The notes beneath the pieces are model-generated. The model had not been told where the DNA came from. It saw nothing but the letters and a program-made list of their open reading frames with translations, and did not search any database. 57,173 bases of DNA from NCBI GenBank assembly GCA_000934665.2, contig JYFJ02002425.1, forward strand, positions 1-57,173. Direction: 5' to 3'. Shown here one piece after another: positions 13,746-26,328 of the stretch. The position numbers were made by a program, and so were the translations under genes. How positions within the stretch are numbered: the first letter of the stretch is position 1; each line of letters starts with the position of its first letter. This DNA comes from Catajapyx aquilonaris. Lineage: Eukaryota.

Positions 13746-15559
13746 TACTGATGTCTTGCCATCAATTCAAGATAACTGACGTGTTGCCATCAAGTTAGGA
13801 TAACACTGGTTGACAATAATGGGGCGTATGACCCTGGATTTGGGTGGTTTATAATAGAGTTGGGGGTGTCCCACCTACCCTTTTGGGGGGTCCCCCGGAT
13901 ATTGCGTTGACTAACGTGGTTTCGGATGCAAATGGGGGAGCTTTCAAGCCAAGCTTCAAAGGCGGAGGTATTTGGAGGGTTACTCCCTGGCAACCTCCCT
14001 CCCACCTCCCCTGCCTCTAGCAACCTTTTCAGTGTGGAAGCAAGTAGAGGAAAGGCCTCATTTGCATCCTCATTCGTTCTAATTCACTTCACTAGTTTGA
14101 AAGTCTGTTGGGAGTTATGGTTTTTTTTGTGTGTGTGGCTATTATTGTTTCCTCAGGGAGATATAGGCCTTTGTTTTATGTGGAGTTCCGGGTACGATGT
14201 ATAATAGGGATATATGGTTGTTTCATTGTTGGGGAACCTATAACGTCGTGCCGGAAGTTCGGAAGGTAGCAGAATGCGCTATCTATACTGCGCGGCAAAT
14301 CACGTGAGAGTGATTAGAGTAGACTTTTTCATACCACCCATACCCTTTTCCTCTCCCTCCCCTACCCCCAGACTGGCCCTTTCCCCCTATAAAAAATGTA
14401 TAGCAAACCCATCTTTTCGACATTTTCTTATCCATAGAAACTTATATCACGGCTCTGTCCGTCCGTCCGTCTGTGGACAAGAGGTATCAGAGGGTAGGGG
14501 GAGGGAGGGGGAAAGGGTGGTATGGCGGATGGGGCGGTGGGGGAACTGGGAGGTCAGGGGAAGGGGGAAGCCAGGGGGAAGGGACGGATCGAGTGAACCC
14601 GGAACCCGAAAATCGGAAAAAAAGTCTTATAGCACGGCTCTCTGTCTGATACATGTCTGCAGACAGGCAGAGCCGTTCTATGAGACATTTTTTCTCGAAA
14701 AATTCTAAAAAGCGCATGACACTGCAGGCTTTAGGTTGGGCTTACCGCTAGGACTTTGGATGACTATTAGAGCATAAGGAAAATGGGGAATCCAAAGGTT
14801 ATCGAGCGACTAGGTCTATATAAAAAAAAGTCGATATGTCGTGTGATCATTAAATTACTACTACGCTTGAAGTTTGAGTTGATGGAAACAGCCTAATGAG
14901 CGCCAGAAGCTTTACCCTGGCTTATTACGAAGGCAACAAAATTGAAGACTAAAGTTTGGAAAGGTTCTTGAGTGCCACAAATTCCAATCTAGTCAATTTT
15001 ACATAGAAAAAATATAAACTTGGTTTTAGACGGTGAATCTGTGGCACTTACTATAGGCTTCCGTTGGGTTCTTGCCATGTACATTAAGTTAGAAGGAAGG
15101 ATTTCCTGGGCATGGTGACAACACCGCTTTATATAGTGCTGCAAATTGACCTGTCGAGGAAATTGGTTGGATGTGGGTAGGGTCGGAATGGAGCACTGAG
15201 AAATTCCCAGTCCCAAAACTTAGTTTTGGGAGGATTAGAATTAGTTGGCCACAACCAATGGACTAGCAGGGACCAAGTTTGGTAATATCGGAAGGGCTTT
15301 GCATTATCCAATTAAGGTCGTCCCATGAGGGATTGCACAGGATTTAGGATGCAACGATGCACTTTCCAGGTGGAAGGTGACGCTAAAGTGTACCCGGATT
15401 GACAAATATGATTTAAGAGGAAAGGAGGACCAAAAGCGTGACAAAAGTCCCGACGCTTACAATATATTTTACACACTTACACGTTCATTCTGTTTCACTA
15501 TGAATGTGTTTGGAACAATTTTCATCGTCTAGAAGTTCTTAAATAAATTTTCAAAAATG

Positions 15560-15860
15560 TCGCTGTTAAAACTCGAAATTAAAGTACTACCGGCCAACTG
15601 ATTTAATTATGATACACAATATTAAAACATTATGGAACATCTACCTTGAGAACCGTGCTAGACGAATTTGCTGAAATCATTGTACTTCGCGATTTCCAAA
15701 GTGCCAGCAAGCCCCCATATAAGAATTAATTTAATTCTCGCGAAGTACAACGATTTCAGCAAATTCTTCTGGCAAGTTTCGCATGTGTTTCAATGTCCTT
15801 CATAATTAAATCAGCTTACCAGTTGGCCGGTAGTACTTGAATTTTGAGTTTTAACAGCGA
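15560..15860. mobile_element. ~300-bp degenerate foldback element (MITE-like)
   Basis: Outer arms tcgctgttaaaactcgaaattaaagtactaccggccaactg and cagttggccggtagtacttgaattttgagttttaacagcga; inner arms gaatttgctgaaatcattgtacttcgcga and tcgcgaagtacaacgatttcagcaaattc. Confidence 0.75.
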
Positions 15861-16631
15861 ACTTGGGACTAATAGAAGCGGGAGCAGGTATCAGTTGCCA
15901 TCAGTACTAGGTAATTACGCAGTACAATTTGATCTAAGTCTGTGAATAACATCCGGCTTGTGTTTAAAGACACAGTAGCTTGCACTGTATAGAATCAAAT
16001 TAAGCGAAAATGAGCGTGGGCGTAGTTCTAATAGACTAAAGGCAATACTGTGTTTAAAAGGAGGTCTTTTCAATGGAACAATTGTAGTATTATTCATTAC
16101 GTCACATTGTCATCATAAACACATTGTGAGGTATGTATCTAGAATATTTAAAGTTGAAATTGGCAACCCTGAAAACACATATAGGAAATTAAAGCTAGCT
16201 GGGAAAAGAATTAATCACTGGTCCACAAGAAATGTTAAACTGAGGCGCACTTAGGGACCTGCCCTTTCAATGTCATCCATTCTGTGAGCACAAAACTCTT
16301 GACAGGTCTTATTCATTTGGGGAAGAGCTCCTTTTGAATAGGATGTTCCAGATTATAACGCCGCAGATTGAAGACATGGCTGGGTCTGATGAATGGCTTA
16401 ACTTGTCTCTGAGGTGGAAGGTATTTTGCATAATATCTGAGAGTTGCGTACGTACTATGCAATATGTGCTATATGCTCTAAATGAGTTTATTGTACATAC
16501 AGTAAAGCGGGTTAGCAAGTGGCAGTAATCGGCTGTCAGTTGAGTGATTAAATTGTGAGGAATACTGAGACACACAGTTGCTACGACCTACATATTTACA
16601 GGGTGTAACGTACTTTTTAGGTGCAGGAACA

Positions 16632-17885
16632 TTATGTGTTTTTGAGAGTAGTCATCACAATGTCCACCAACACTTGTTTAGGCAATTCTTCAATGTCTTT
16701 CTTCCATGTGGAGTTGTTGGACAATTGTTTGATTCTGCTTACGTACAACTTGAGACAGGCTTTCTTTAGCTGATGACACTGGTGGACATCCGCATGGACT
16801 AGAAGATCCAGGATGTTCTTGTTGTTCAATCTGCTAAATAGCCTTCTTTCGCACAGATCTTTCAGCTGGATGACCTCGTACTTGTCCGCAGCCTCCAGAA
16901 GGTCCATTAGTAAGGTCGTGGACATTCTGTCATCCAGCTCTTTTCCCATGTAGATGAACTCTAGCAGCTCCTGAAGAACCCGGGCTCGGATGTCCTTCAG
17001 GTCAGCCCTTCCCGAGATCTGTTCTAGCATATTGTGTCCGAACATGGCGGCGAAGACGGGGCTCCTGGCACCCAGGATGACCTTATGACATGGGAACTCC
17101 TTGCCCTCTGCGATCAGGGTCACGTCTGATCCAGATCCTGACTGGAGCAGGCTCTTCATATCGGAACTCAAACTGTGCCCAACAGTGATGGTCACTTCTG
17201 GTTCTTTGTGAATTTCGAGCCCGGTGTCCAGTTGGCCATGAACGTGTAAGGTCAGGTTGTCCAGAAGAAGGAGGTCCTTGCGCATCAGAAGTGCCCTCGT
17301 GGGTATGAAACGAGGGAATCCCCATGTTGGACTCTGTGGGGTCATTATCTGCAGGGAACAGTACAGTGTAGGACATTAATCGCGTCATACTGCTAGCGAC
17401 ACTTGTCGATGCGGCAGACGTGCAAATCGAAGCCGTGCGAGTAAGAAGAGGTAGGCCTTAGTGACGTCACCCAAGGGCTACCACTTCTTACTCGCCCGGC
17501 GCATTTCAATTTGCACGTCTGCCGCTTCAGAAAATGTCGCTAGCAGCAGAACTATCCGTAAACAAATGCAGCACATGCATGGGAGGTATACCTGATAGTA
17601 CACAGTCCTCTTGAAGTCTTTGTTGGTGCTACTCTTGATGACAAAATTGCAGTGATTGATGGCCTGAATGTCGCTTCTCCTGGTCGGAATTAGGTATAGG
17701 TATACGGAGAGGAAATCATCACATCCACGTGGGAACAAGATTAATCGCCATATTCCTCGAGACGTGATGTACTGACCGGAAGTGAGGGAATATTGCGAAT
17801 CCCACAGTGGGAAACTGGAGAATTTGGTGATTGTCCAGCGAAATTCGAATGGTTCTAAAATGCGTTCGGTGACGTAAGACTGCAT
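16632..17885 (-). CDS. MATH-BTB (speckle-type POZ / roadkill-like) protein, divergent copy 1, ~336 aa
   Basis: Exons 17885-17592 and 17348-16632 joined by a phase-0 GT-AG intron. MATH motifs FRWTITKFS, WRLILFPRG, LSVYL, WGFPRFI; BTB motifs SDVTL, FPCHKVILGARSPVFAAMF, AADKYE. Confidence 0.88.
17364..17546. mobile_element. Tc1/mariner-type MITE, copy A (right end truncated), in the MATH-BTB intron
   Basis: Begins TA|CAGTGTAGGACATTAATCGCGTCATACTGCTAGCGACA; internally palindromic; closely similar to 43708-43965 and 45705-45963. Confidence 0.85.
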
Positions 17886-19091
17886 CTATAGGCACCTGAA
17901 ATTGCAGAAGGTCGTAGGACACTTGTAGAAATAAATTGTCAAATGTAATTTACCTTAGTTGTCAGTAAAAAGTAAGAAGATTGTAAACTGCCTTGAAACA
18001 GCGTCGTCTAACTGCAACAATTGTTGCTATTAAAACAGCAGGGTTGCTATACGAATTCAATAATGGCTGACCTTTAGTGTTACCAGGTAAAGTGCAATGT
18101 GCCGCTGGTTCTGACATCAAGTGTTTGCCTTCAAAAGTATTTTCCAATAAGTTACGCTTTCCAAGCTCGCCATGTTTATCCAAAACATTTTCAGGTACCG
18201 GTACGTCAAAAAACGATTTTTGGAAGCCTAGAGTGTATAAAAGCGCCATATAGTAATCCGGTTGAGTGACGTTTGGAATCCCCGGCACTTTTCCAGGCCT
18301 TGTAAGATTGGACGTTAAAAATCCGGTCCCAGTCCCCCGTAGGAACGTTGGATCCATTATTCTTGATCCGAAACCCTGGGACGTTGGAAATGAATTCCAG
18401 CTGTTGATTTAATCAGCCATCAAGGCTTGCCAGGAATCGCTTCCACGTAGTCCTCTGTAACCAATACGGCACATCAGAAGGACTGTGTTCCAGAAATCGC
18501 CTCATAAACAAGAGTGCAACAACCTGGAGGTCTTAATTAAATGAAGAGGGGTGTTAACACAGCTTATTCGCTAGTATACTTAAACTGCCTACGTAGGGTA
18601 ATTAATCATCCTAATGAGGCACACAGGGCTGATATTTCCCATGGAAAAAATAATATCCGGGCTTCAGTTGTTGGAGCGGAATTTTTTTCCTATTTATTAC
18701 CCTGACGAAATGGGCCTGTCAGTGCAGAACGAATTCTGGTCGTAAAAAAAAAAACGAGTTACGTTTTTTCTCTCTCACGTCCATTTCCAACACCTTTGGA
18801 CAATGTCCTTTCCAGAGTGTGAGAGAAAATCGTTCCCTTTCCCCCCTCCGAATACTGCAGCAATTCAATTGTTATCGCTTCAAAGCTGGATCTGGAACTG
18901 CTTTTATTTTGCTCAACTTGAGTTGGATCCGCGTAAATAATTCCAAGAGTGGAAATTGGACTTTCTGAAGTTTCTTGTGGGATGGACTAATCACAAGCCT
19001 GGAGGCACCAAGTCGTCATGGCGACTGGTGCCGATTATTAGACGAATTAAGGCCCAAGCATACGCGCAAATATGGCGGGAGACGCGCTGGA

Positions 19092-19310
19092 AACCGTTAT
19101 GACCGTTATACAGTAACCGGTAGGACCTTTAGAACCGTTAAGAACGTTAGAACCGTTAGGACCGTTAAGACCAGTAGGACCGTTAGGATCGGTAGAACCG
19201 TTAGAACCGTTAGAGCCGTTAAGACCTGTAGGACCGTTAGGATCGGTAGAACCGTTAGAACTGTTAGAGCCGTTAAGACCGGTAGAACCGTTAGGACCGT
19301 TAGGACCGTT
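19092..19310. repeat. 9-bp minisatellite (ACCGTTAGR) with a 54-bp higher-order duplication
   Basis: More than 20 tandem 9-mers; the ggatcggtag variant recurs at 19186 and 19240. Confidence 0.92.
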
Positions 19311-20748
19311 GCGAGGAACAGAGATCAGGAATAGATTAATTTCGGAGGTCTTGAAGGGTTAATCGCACCCATACCCTTTGCGGGGGGGGGGTCTTCATCG
19401 TCCAACTTTTGTCTTGGGAGATCGACTTAATTGGTAATTAAGGCCAGGGGTGCAGCCTTGTTTCTCTCGTGGTGTCACAATGCGCAGTGCAAAGTCATTT
19501 CGAAGGGGGAATTACACCTCCAGAAGGATACATTGATTTCCAAGAAGGGTATAAACCAGGGCGAAACCTGTAGGTACCTTTCGGCTCCGGAGTTTTAATC
19601 CGGACCCAAGCCCTGGGCCTAGAATTATGAATGGTTAATTACCAGGTGTTAAATTTGTAATGGCCCCGACGCGACTGGCAAATGAAGCTGCTAAAAAGGT
19701 CAGGAAGCAAAGTGCTAGCCTGACTCTCGTGGGGTTAATGATATTTGAGCTATATGACTTAAGCAGGGATGGTACTGTCTCCAATGTACTTTCTGAATTA
19801 TTAAACGTTTACCGTACTGTAGAGATTTGCTTTATTGAATAATTTGTCATCAAAGTTTGGTGCATCGACTGCCAGCCCACTTGGTTTAAATAATAAAATA
19901 AATAAAATCAAGCGACTGAGGCTATTAGATGAAAAAGCCTGTACTGTACAAGCTTGGGAATTTGCAGTGCTTCGCAAATAAAGTAGTGCAATTTTACTGT
20001 AATAATAAATGCGATGCCCTGAGTTGAAATACGGACGGGTATACCTAATATGACGCAGGTCGAGGCCTAATTGCAAAAACGTTTTGACACTGTATCGCAC
20101 TGTAATGCGATTTCCACAGTGGTTAAATAGCATCACAAAGTGTATACGTCTACATCGATATGACCAGGTTGATATTACTGAACATTTTCATGTCCAAAGT
20201 TTCAGTTGTAGGCCTATAGCAGTCAAACGGACCAAGATACGCATAATCCCATCCGCTGAATCCGCTGAATCTATTTGCATACTGCGAAATCTCTAGAGTA
20301 TATGCAGGATTTCAAGCGATCTTGCCAGTAGAGTGCTTCTCTAGGATTTATGCATTTTTAATGATGGCGTAAGTCGATATGATTTCTCGTGGGATATGGC
20401 TTGATCTCAGTTTTAAATGTATGACAAAAATTATGCATAAATAATCGCAGCGTTTCACCCCATGAATATTTACGTCAACAATGGACATAATTCGCGATAT
20501 TGAACCTGATCAAAATGGGAGCCAGCTTGGTTCATTAAGCTTATTTGTAAAGTTCTCAGGGACTTAATTTGCGCAATGCAATTATGACTCCTCCGCACGT
20601 CTTGTTTCCCCGGTTCCTGCCACACGCTGAGAAAATTATATCGGCGTCATAAAGACATTTCTCAGATTCATACTGCGCAACAAGGACTTGGTGATGTGTA
20701 GGAAGTAATCTGTGGTATTGTTGCTTCAGATTTGCGACGATTCCAACG

Positions 20749-21060
20749 ATGACTACGGTGTTGAACTGGAGCGGGACTCCTGGAGGGAACGGTACCAGTA
20801 TTGGCGGGATACCGTCGGACCAGATGGCGAAGATACTGGCAATGCATCGGAATAGCCATTCCAATGCGGTCATCTACGTGGTGGTGGTCCTGTTGATGTA
20901 CGCCACAGCTATGGTCATCCTAACCGTGAAGTACCTACGAAGAGGACCATCGTCATACCCGCAGAGACTTGGTATGGCCAGTAAGTCCGTTACCCTCAAA
21001 GAACGATCTGACGTCACACCAGCCGTGTTTTCTGAGCATGCGCAGAGGTCATGTGACTGA
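20749..21060 (+). CDS. Small single-pass membrane protein, KCNE/MinK-like topology; 3' splicing unresolved (may extend to 21451)
   Basis: GC-richer ORF in AT-rich surroundings. No signal peptide, two N-glycosylation sequons (NWS, NGT), one TM (AVIYVVVVLLMYATAMVILTV) and a basic stop-transfer KYLRR. Confidence 0.6.
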   Translation: MTTVLNWSGTPGGNGTSIGGIPSDQMAKILAMHRNSHSNAVIYVVVVLLMYATAMVILTVKYLRRGPSSYPQRLGMASKSVTLKERSDVTPAVFSEHAQRSCD

Positions 21061-23570
21061 GGTCGGGCATGCACAGGGGGGCTGAATGTGACGTCAGATC
21101 ATTCATTGGTTTAACGGACTGATATGACATGTTGATGGCTTTTGACAGGCAAATAGCGTTAGTGTGGATCAATACGGATGTGCATTGTCATGCGGCGGGT
21201 ATGAACCAACAGGGTACATGTCCAGCAACTGGGGTGTCCGTCGGAAGCGTCCTAGGCGTCGGAAGAAGCGGGAGAAAACGGGCAAGAACAACAACAATAA
21301 TAACAACAATGGACAGTCCAGTCCTCTGGTGGCCGACTCCAGTCCAGGCACCTCGTTAAGGGCACCCGTGACCTCGACGGAACAACTGTCCAACGGTGAC
21401 ACATCTTCTGCACAGTGCACGAAGGTCGAAGTGGAAGTGACCTGTGTGTGAATTTTGTAAACAACGGATTGTGACCAACAAGTGTAACAATCGAATTTCC
21501 ATAACGTGGCACAGAGCATATAACAATGCACAAAGCTCCATTTTCCAGGTCTTATTTCTAGCTTTTCATAGAGTCCAAGGCCGGTTTTAAAGCCTGATGA
21601 AGGACCCTTCCTTTGGGAAACATAACACTGAGTTACATCATCATAAAACGCGCTTAGACACTAAATGACGTAGTGGTCACATATGACTCGTTCATCACTG
21701 GGTGTGTCATAAGTTCACTCCCTCAAAAAATCCCATGGCGCACACTCAGATTGTTGTACCTGAAACACTATTGAAAACGCGCTCGTTAATTGCAAAAAAC
21801 TGCTTTCATCCTAGTTTTATGCGAAAATTCAAATGATGTTAGGCAGACTGTAAAAGGCATTCAAACCACAGACATTTTTTTGTCGCATATTAAAAATATG
21901 CATCGTTGAGGTTGAACAGGATGGATTTTTTTTTGTGCCTCGAAACGAAATGGAATTTGGCGTAGTGTATATAGATATATATATAGGCCACGGGGAAAAT
22001 GGGGAGCTCTCAACACTCATTTTCCACCTCCGGTAGTACATGCGACTGTAATCAAAGCGACAGAGTACATAGTTTTGATGGCACTCTGCAGTTTTGTTCC
22101 ATCTCCAGCTCTAGATGTCTGGCATGTATATATTTGGATTGCATTATACAAATCCAATTTTGAGATACTGTGCGTCAACGTCTTGCTCATATCAAGTGGA
22201 AAATTAAACTTGGGTATGTCATCATTGGGTTCGTAACCAGAAATGTTGGAGAACGTGAGATAAAAATTTTAACAAACAATTGATTTAAAATATTATTACG
22301 AATGAATTTTGTGCCTAATTCAGAATGTGGGAGTCATGGCTATGGGGATGCCAAGCGACGAAGGCGCGCGAAGGGGACGAAGGGGAGCCTCACAGCCGAG
22401 CACAGCGTCTCGTAAATAGCTATTTATTTTGTCAGCTTATTGCCTGGAAATGGATGTACAACATCAGTGAGTTCATATGTGGTGAGTATAATGTGCAACC
22501 ATCAGTACCGTTAATTGCTAATTATAATGCCATGCATATTAACATTGTGTTATTAATGATTACCGGGAGCAATACCGCAGAATGCAGTGTGCCTTTGTGC
22601 CGGACGAATTAATGGGTTCATTTGCATACACATTGTGACAGTTTCAGGAACAGCAGGTATCTTTATGAGCCAAGATATCAGTCGGAACATTTGCATATTC
22701 ATGACCAGTGTTCCAGAAAAGAGCTTCAAATTCATTTCCATGCATGATTTACCTATTACACACACTCTATTTGTCAATTGCACCCTTTGTCGCCCTGTGT
22801 AAATATTGACCCCCTCCCCCTAAAAATCAGTCAATAAATAAACATTATTCGGACACGAATCTGTCGCCCATCAAAATGACGAGTCCTAAAATGACGTCAC
22901 TGATTTCCCTGGGGATAGTAATTTAGACACCGGATTAACAAGACGTCATCCCCACGACTATGTAACTACATGGGAGAGATATGAATGCAAAAAAGATGGA
23001 TCCATATATTCTAGAAGACAGGCTGGGGAGTCCCCTGGAGAGTTGAGTTGGTATCTCCAGGGGTGGTTCACTTGCTTTCAGATTGGATGGGAACTGGAGG
23101 AGACAACCGATTCTGGTGGTAATTACACAAGGTTAGTTACACTCATTAAAAGTAGGCTCCAACAACTTGTTTATTAAAATAGCCTCGTATTAGGCTGTCT
23201 CACGACTACATACACCCGCACTCACGCCATCTGTCGGCAAAACTGCTAACTTGCATCTTGTGGATGGGGTGTCCAATCTTTGGCCTAGATATTGGAAACT
23301 TTTGTTCCGGTTGCTAATAATGTTTTTGATGGCTCGTTGGAAGCTGTGTGTCGACTTGAGTTATGCAAATCGACTTCGCTTCCTTGGAAACGGTTGAAAT
23401 ATTAACGCTTGAGTGACAACTTCATTATATGACAAAGCCTCTCCTGTAATTCATTTTACTGAAAGTTAATGACACCAAAGGACGTGCAAGTAATAATAAT
23501 AGTGATCATATTCTAGGAGGCTATATATACCATACTACCAAATACTACTTAGGACCAGTAGTGGCAGGTT

Positions 23571-25722
23571 CTAAATTAAATTTTTTTTCGCTTTCTTTGC
23601 ATATACAACCTCAGTGACAAATACAACCAATGTGAAACCCCATCCAAAAACTGCTATGAATACAAGAGGCCCTTTGATCTGCTGCAAATTCAGCTTGAGC
23701 ACAGCCTCATTTGACTCATCTGCAGGACTAATTCTGGCTGCTCTTAACCCCAACACTCTAGCCCGATGTAAGTACTCACTATTATATCGCTCAATAAGAC
23801 CTGAGTCATACAGACGGATTATGGTCCTACGAAAGACCGGTACTAGCGGGCTGTTCTTGGGTAGCATTGGTCCAAATTGGACGTAAATTGACATGTCATG
23901 GGCAGTGTGGATAGGAAGTGAGCCATCAAGTCGTGCCATCAGACTAGCCTCTTTTAACAGGAATAGGTTGTTACTGATGCATGCGAATCCAACTTCGTCT
24001 GTTTCACCATCTGGATTGACTATGCAGCGTCGGACACAATCGTGTAGAGTCGGAAATGTCTCGGATTTGGCCATCAACCGGTGCAAATGGGCTGAATCTG
24101 ATCGGCCAACAATGGCGGTTATGAATGGTGCCTGAGAATAAGAGATGTCTTTTGTAGCAATTACACACTAGAAACAATGACTATTACCTGGGTGATTTGC
24201 ATTCCATAGCGCCAATAAGGTGTAGCATCCAGTTCTTGAAAATTGATGGGCAATACTTCTAGTGTTGGAGCAACCAGAAAGGCAATGAGCTTGCAGTCGT
24301 AAGCAAAGGTGATTAAGATGGCGAAGAGCCACCAGAAGGAGAGGAACACTCTGGGGGTGTGTGGTATCGGCACGAGCGATGGGTTCTCCTCGATCAGGGT
24401 GGAGAATAGGTACCTCAAGGAGTACAGAAACAGCCCAGAGCGAGGTCTCTCATGATGGGGAAACACTTCAACGGCAGTGTGTTCCAATGCGAACAACGTT
24501 GCTGACATGAATATAGCTCCGCATACGCACGACAATGCAATTAGTACCCACATACTGGTGGTGTACGGCTGCACCATAGCCCACCAGGAGTATGCAGGTC
24601 TGGGTAGTCTAGTGACAAATATGATATGCAGTATCAAATGAGGGTATGGCAGTTCGACAACTGCTGTTGCTGTGTCAGTGTACGGGGTGTTGGGAGTGAA
24701 GTTTCTCGTTTTGTAGAGGATAGAACCTACAATTCCATTCCATGTACCGTTAGGCAACTCGACATTTAATGGCTGACCCTTTGGAGCTGGTGGAATTCTG
24801 TCAATGGTGTAATTGAAGTTGAGGAGTCGACCCATTTCGTCCACAACACAGTCGGTTATGAAGATGGGCAGGTAGGCATCGTCGTCTCTCTTGACACGAG
24901 CGGGACTCACGTGGTACAGCCAGTATCCGGACATATGCTTGCCATGAAGATCAGTCGTCCAGTCAGGGAATAACCTCTCAACCTGAAAGAGTTGGTTAGT
25001 TTTTCGGCACACCTTGGTCATTGTTAACTCACCTTTTGATTTACTGCACCTGTGGTCAACTGCACGCCATTGATTGCAGATGAATTTTTAAATGTTCCAA
25101 CAGTTACCACAATTGGGTCTCCCATGTCACAAAAGAAGCAAGCGGTTCTTAGCTGCAATCCATCGCTGGTTGGACTCAGTGCCATCTTGTACAAGAGGAT
25201 TTCAGAGTGTTGATGAAGAAGAAGGTCATCACTACCTCCGTCTCTTGACCAGATCACAAATCGATCTCGGTCTGTCTGCAGATGAATCTTGGACGCTACG
25301 TATTCTATCATTTGAGCAAAGCGATTGTTGTCACATATGAGAATGATCAAAGCGCATGAAAACATGCGGATGGTCTTGGTTCGCTGCAGCCAATGAAACC
25401 ACTTCTTTGGTTTAGTCGTGACTGGGTCCTCTATGGATGATGGTGGTCCAAGGATAATTACTGAATTGTTCAGACCCATTGTGTCAGTTAGTAGTCGAAG
25501 CAGAGGTGGAGGAGTGACCAAGTAGTCGTGTCCGATGACCACAGTGCATGGCCGATGGTACCTGCAGAATTAAATATGTTAGAGAATACAAATATGAAGT
25601 ATGAAGTGAGACACTTGCCTTATTAACGTGTCCAAAAATTGAGCCACGGTGTCCACATCACTGGTGGTTGTCAGTCCAGAGGTTATGAAAAGGAGGATAA
25701 AAGCTGCTGTCACACGTATCAT
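23571..25722 (-). CDS. Divergent ionotropic receptor (IR), copy 1, ~662 aa
   Basis: Exons 25722-25619, 25561-25033, 24982-24188, 24131-23571. Signal peptide, ERLFPD, S1 NGTWNGIVG, QPYTTSMW before M1, M3 WWLFAILITFAYDCKLIAFL, S2 KNSPL...RLYDSGLI, and LNLQQIKGPL before M4. The first intron has a GC donor. Confidence 0.9.
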
Positions 25723-26328
25723 CTTGGTTCTCCAGAAGTTGTGCTATGATGTCGTGGTCCCTTAAATATGTTGGCCTACCTTAATGTTGAAGGTCGGGGA
25801 GAGTACTTTTCTTTATCATCACACAACTTCAGAGCTAGAAAAACCACTTACTCTTGCACTGATAGTAACTTCATTGTAATGAACAGAAGTATTGGCGAAT
25901 TCCCTTGAGAAGGTCAGTTGTTTATTTCAAAGTAACCTTATCAGTCGACTTTTCCGGCGATATCAAGCAAAAATATGACGATCAATGGTAATGTAACAAA
26001 GACATGACAATTTACCCCCTCCATCATGCTGGACATCTAAACTTCCAGAAAGACTATTTTACTTTCTACAGTGTATTGAGTGCACAGGGTGTTTCATAAT
26101 GATTCAGACAAACTTCTAAAGCGTGAGAACTCGATAATTTAGCTGCAAGGGAATAAAGGACAGACTAGCCATTTATTTCTGGGAATATTTTTATTGCTAT
26201 CATTAATAATGATATAATATTACTATATTGCTATAGTTCGGACGCACATCAGTAGCATTTGCACTATTCGTGTGTCTGTACAGTACAGGCCTACTTCGTT
26301 CAGGCTACCACATCCGCAGATGACCAAG

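Noticed and set aside
17349..17591. Introner (intron created by the MITE)
   Set aside because: The splice sites lie outside the element, with about 55-60 nt of ordinary intron remaining. The MITE-bearing ACS-2 intron at 43670-43973 is at a position shared with MITE-free introns in ACS-1 and ACS-3.
17962..18357. 131-aa ORF upstream of MATH-BTB copy 1
   Set aside because: It stops before the donor near 17953 and has no recognisable motif; more likely 5' UTR or promoter sequence.
18975..19334. Protamine-like Arg-rich ORF or telomeric TTAGG array
   Set aside because: The ORF is a by-product of the 9-bp repeat and has a TTG start; TTAGG occurs only inside some 9-mers, never in tandem.
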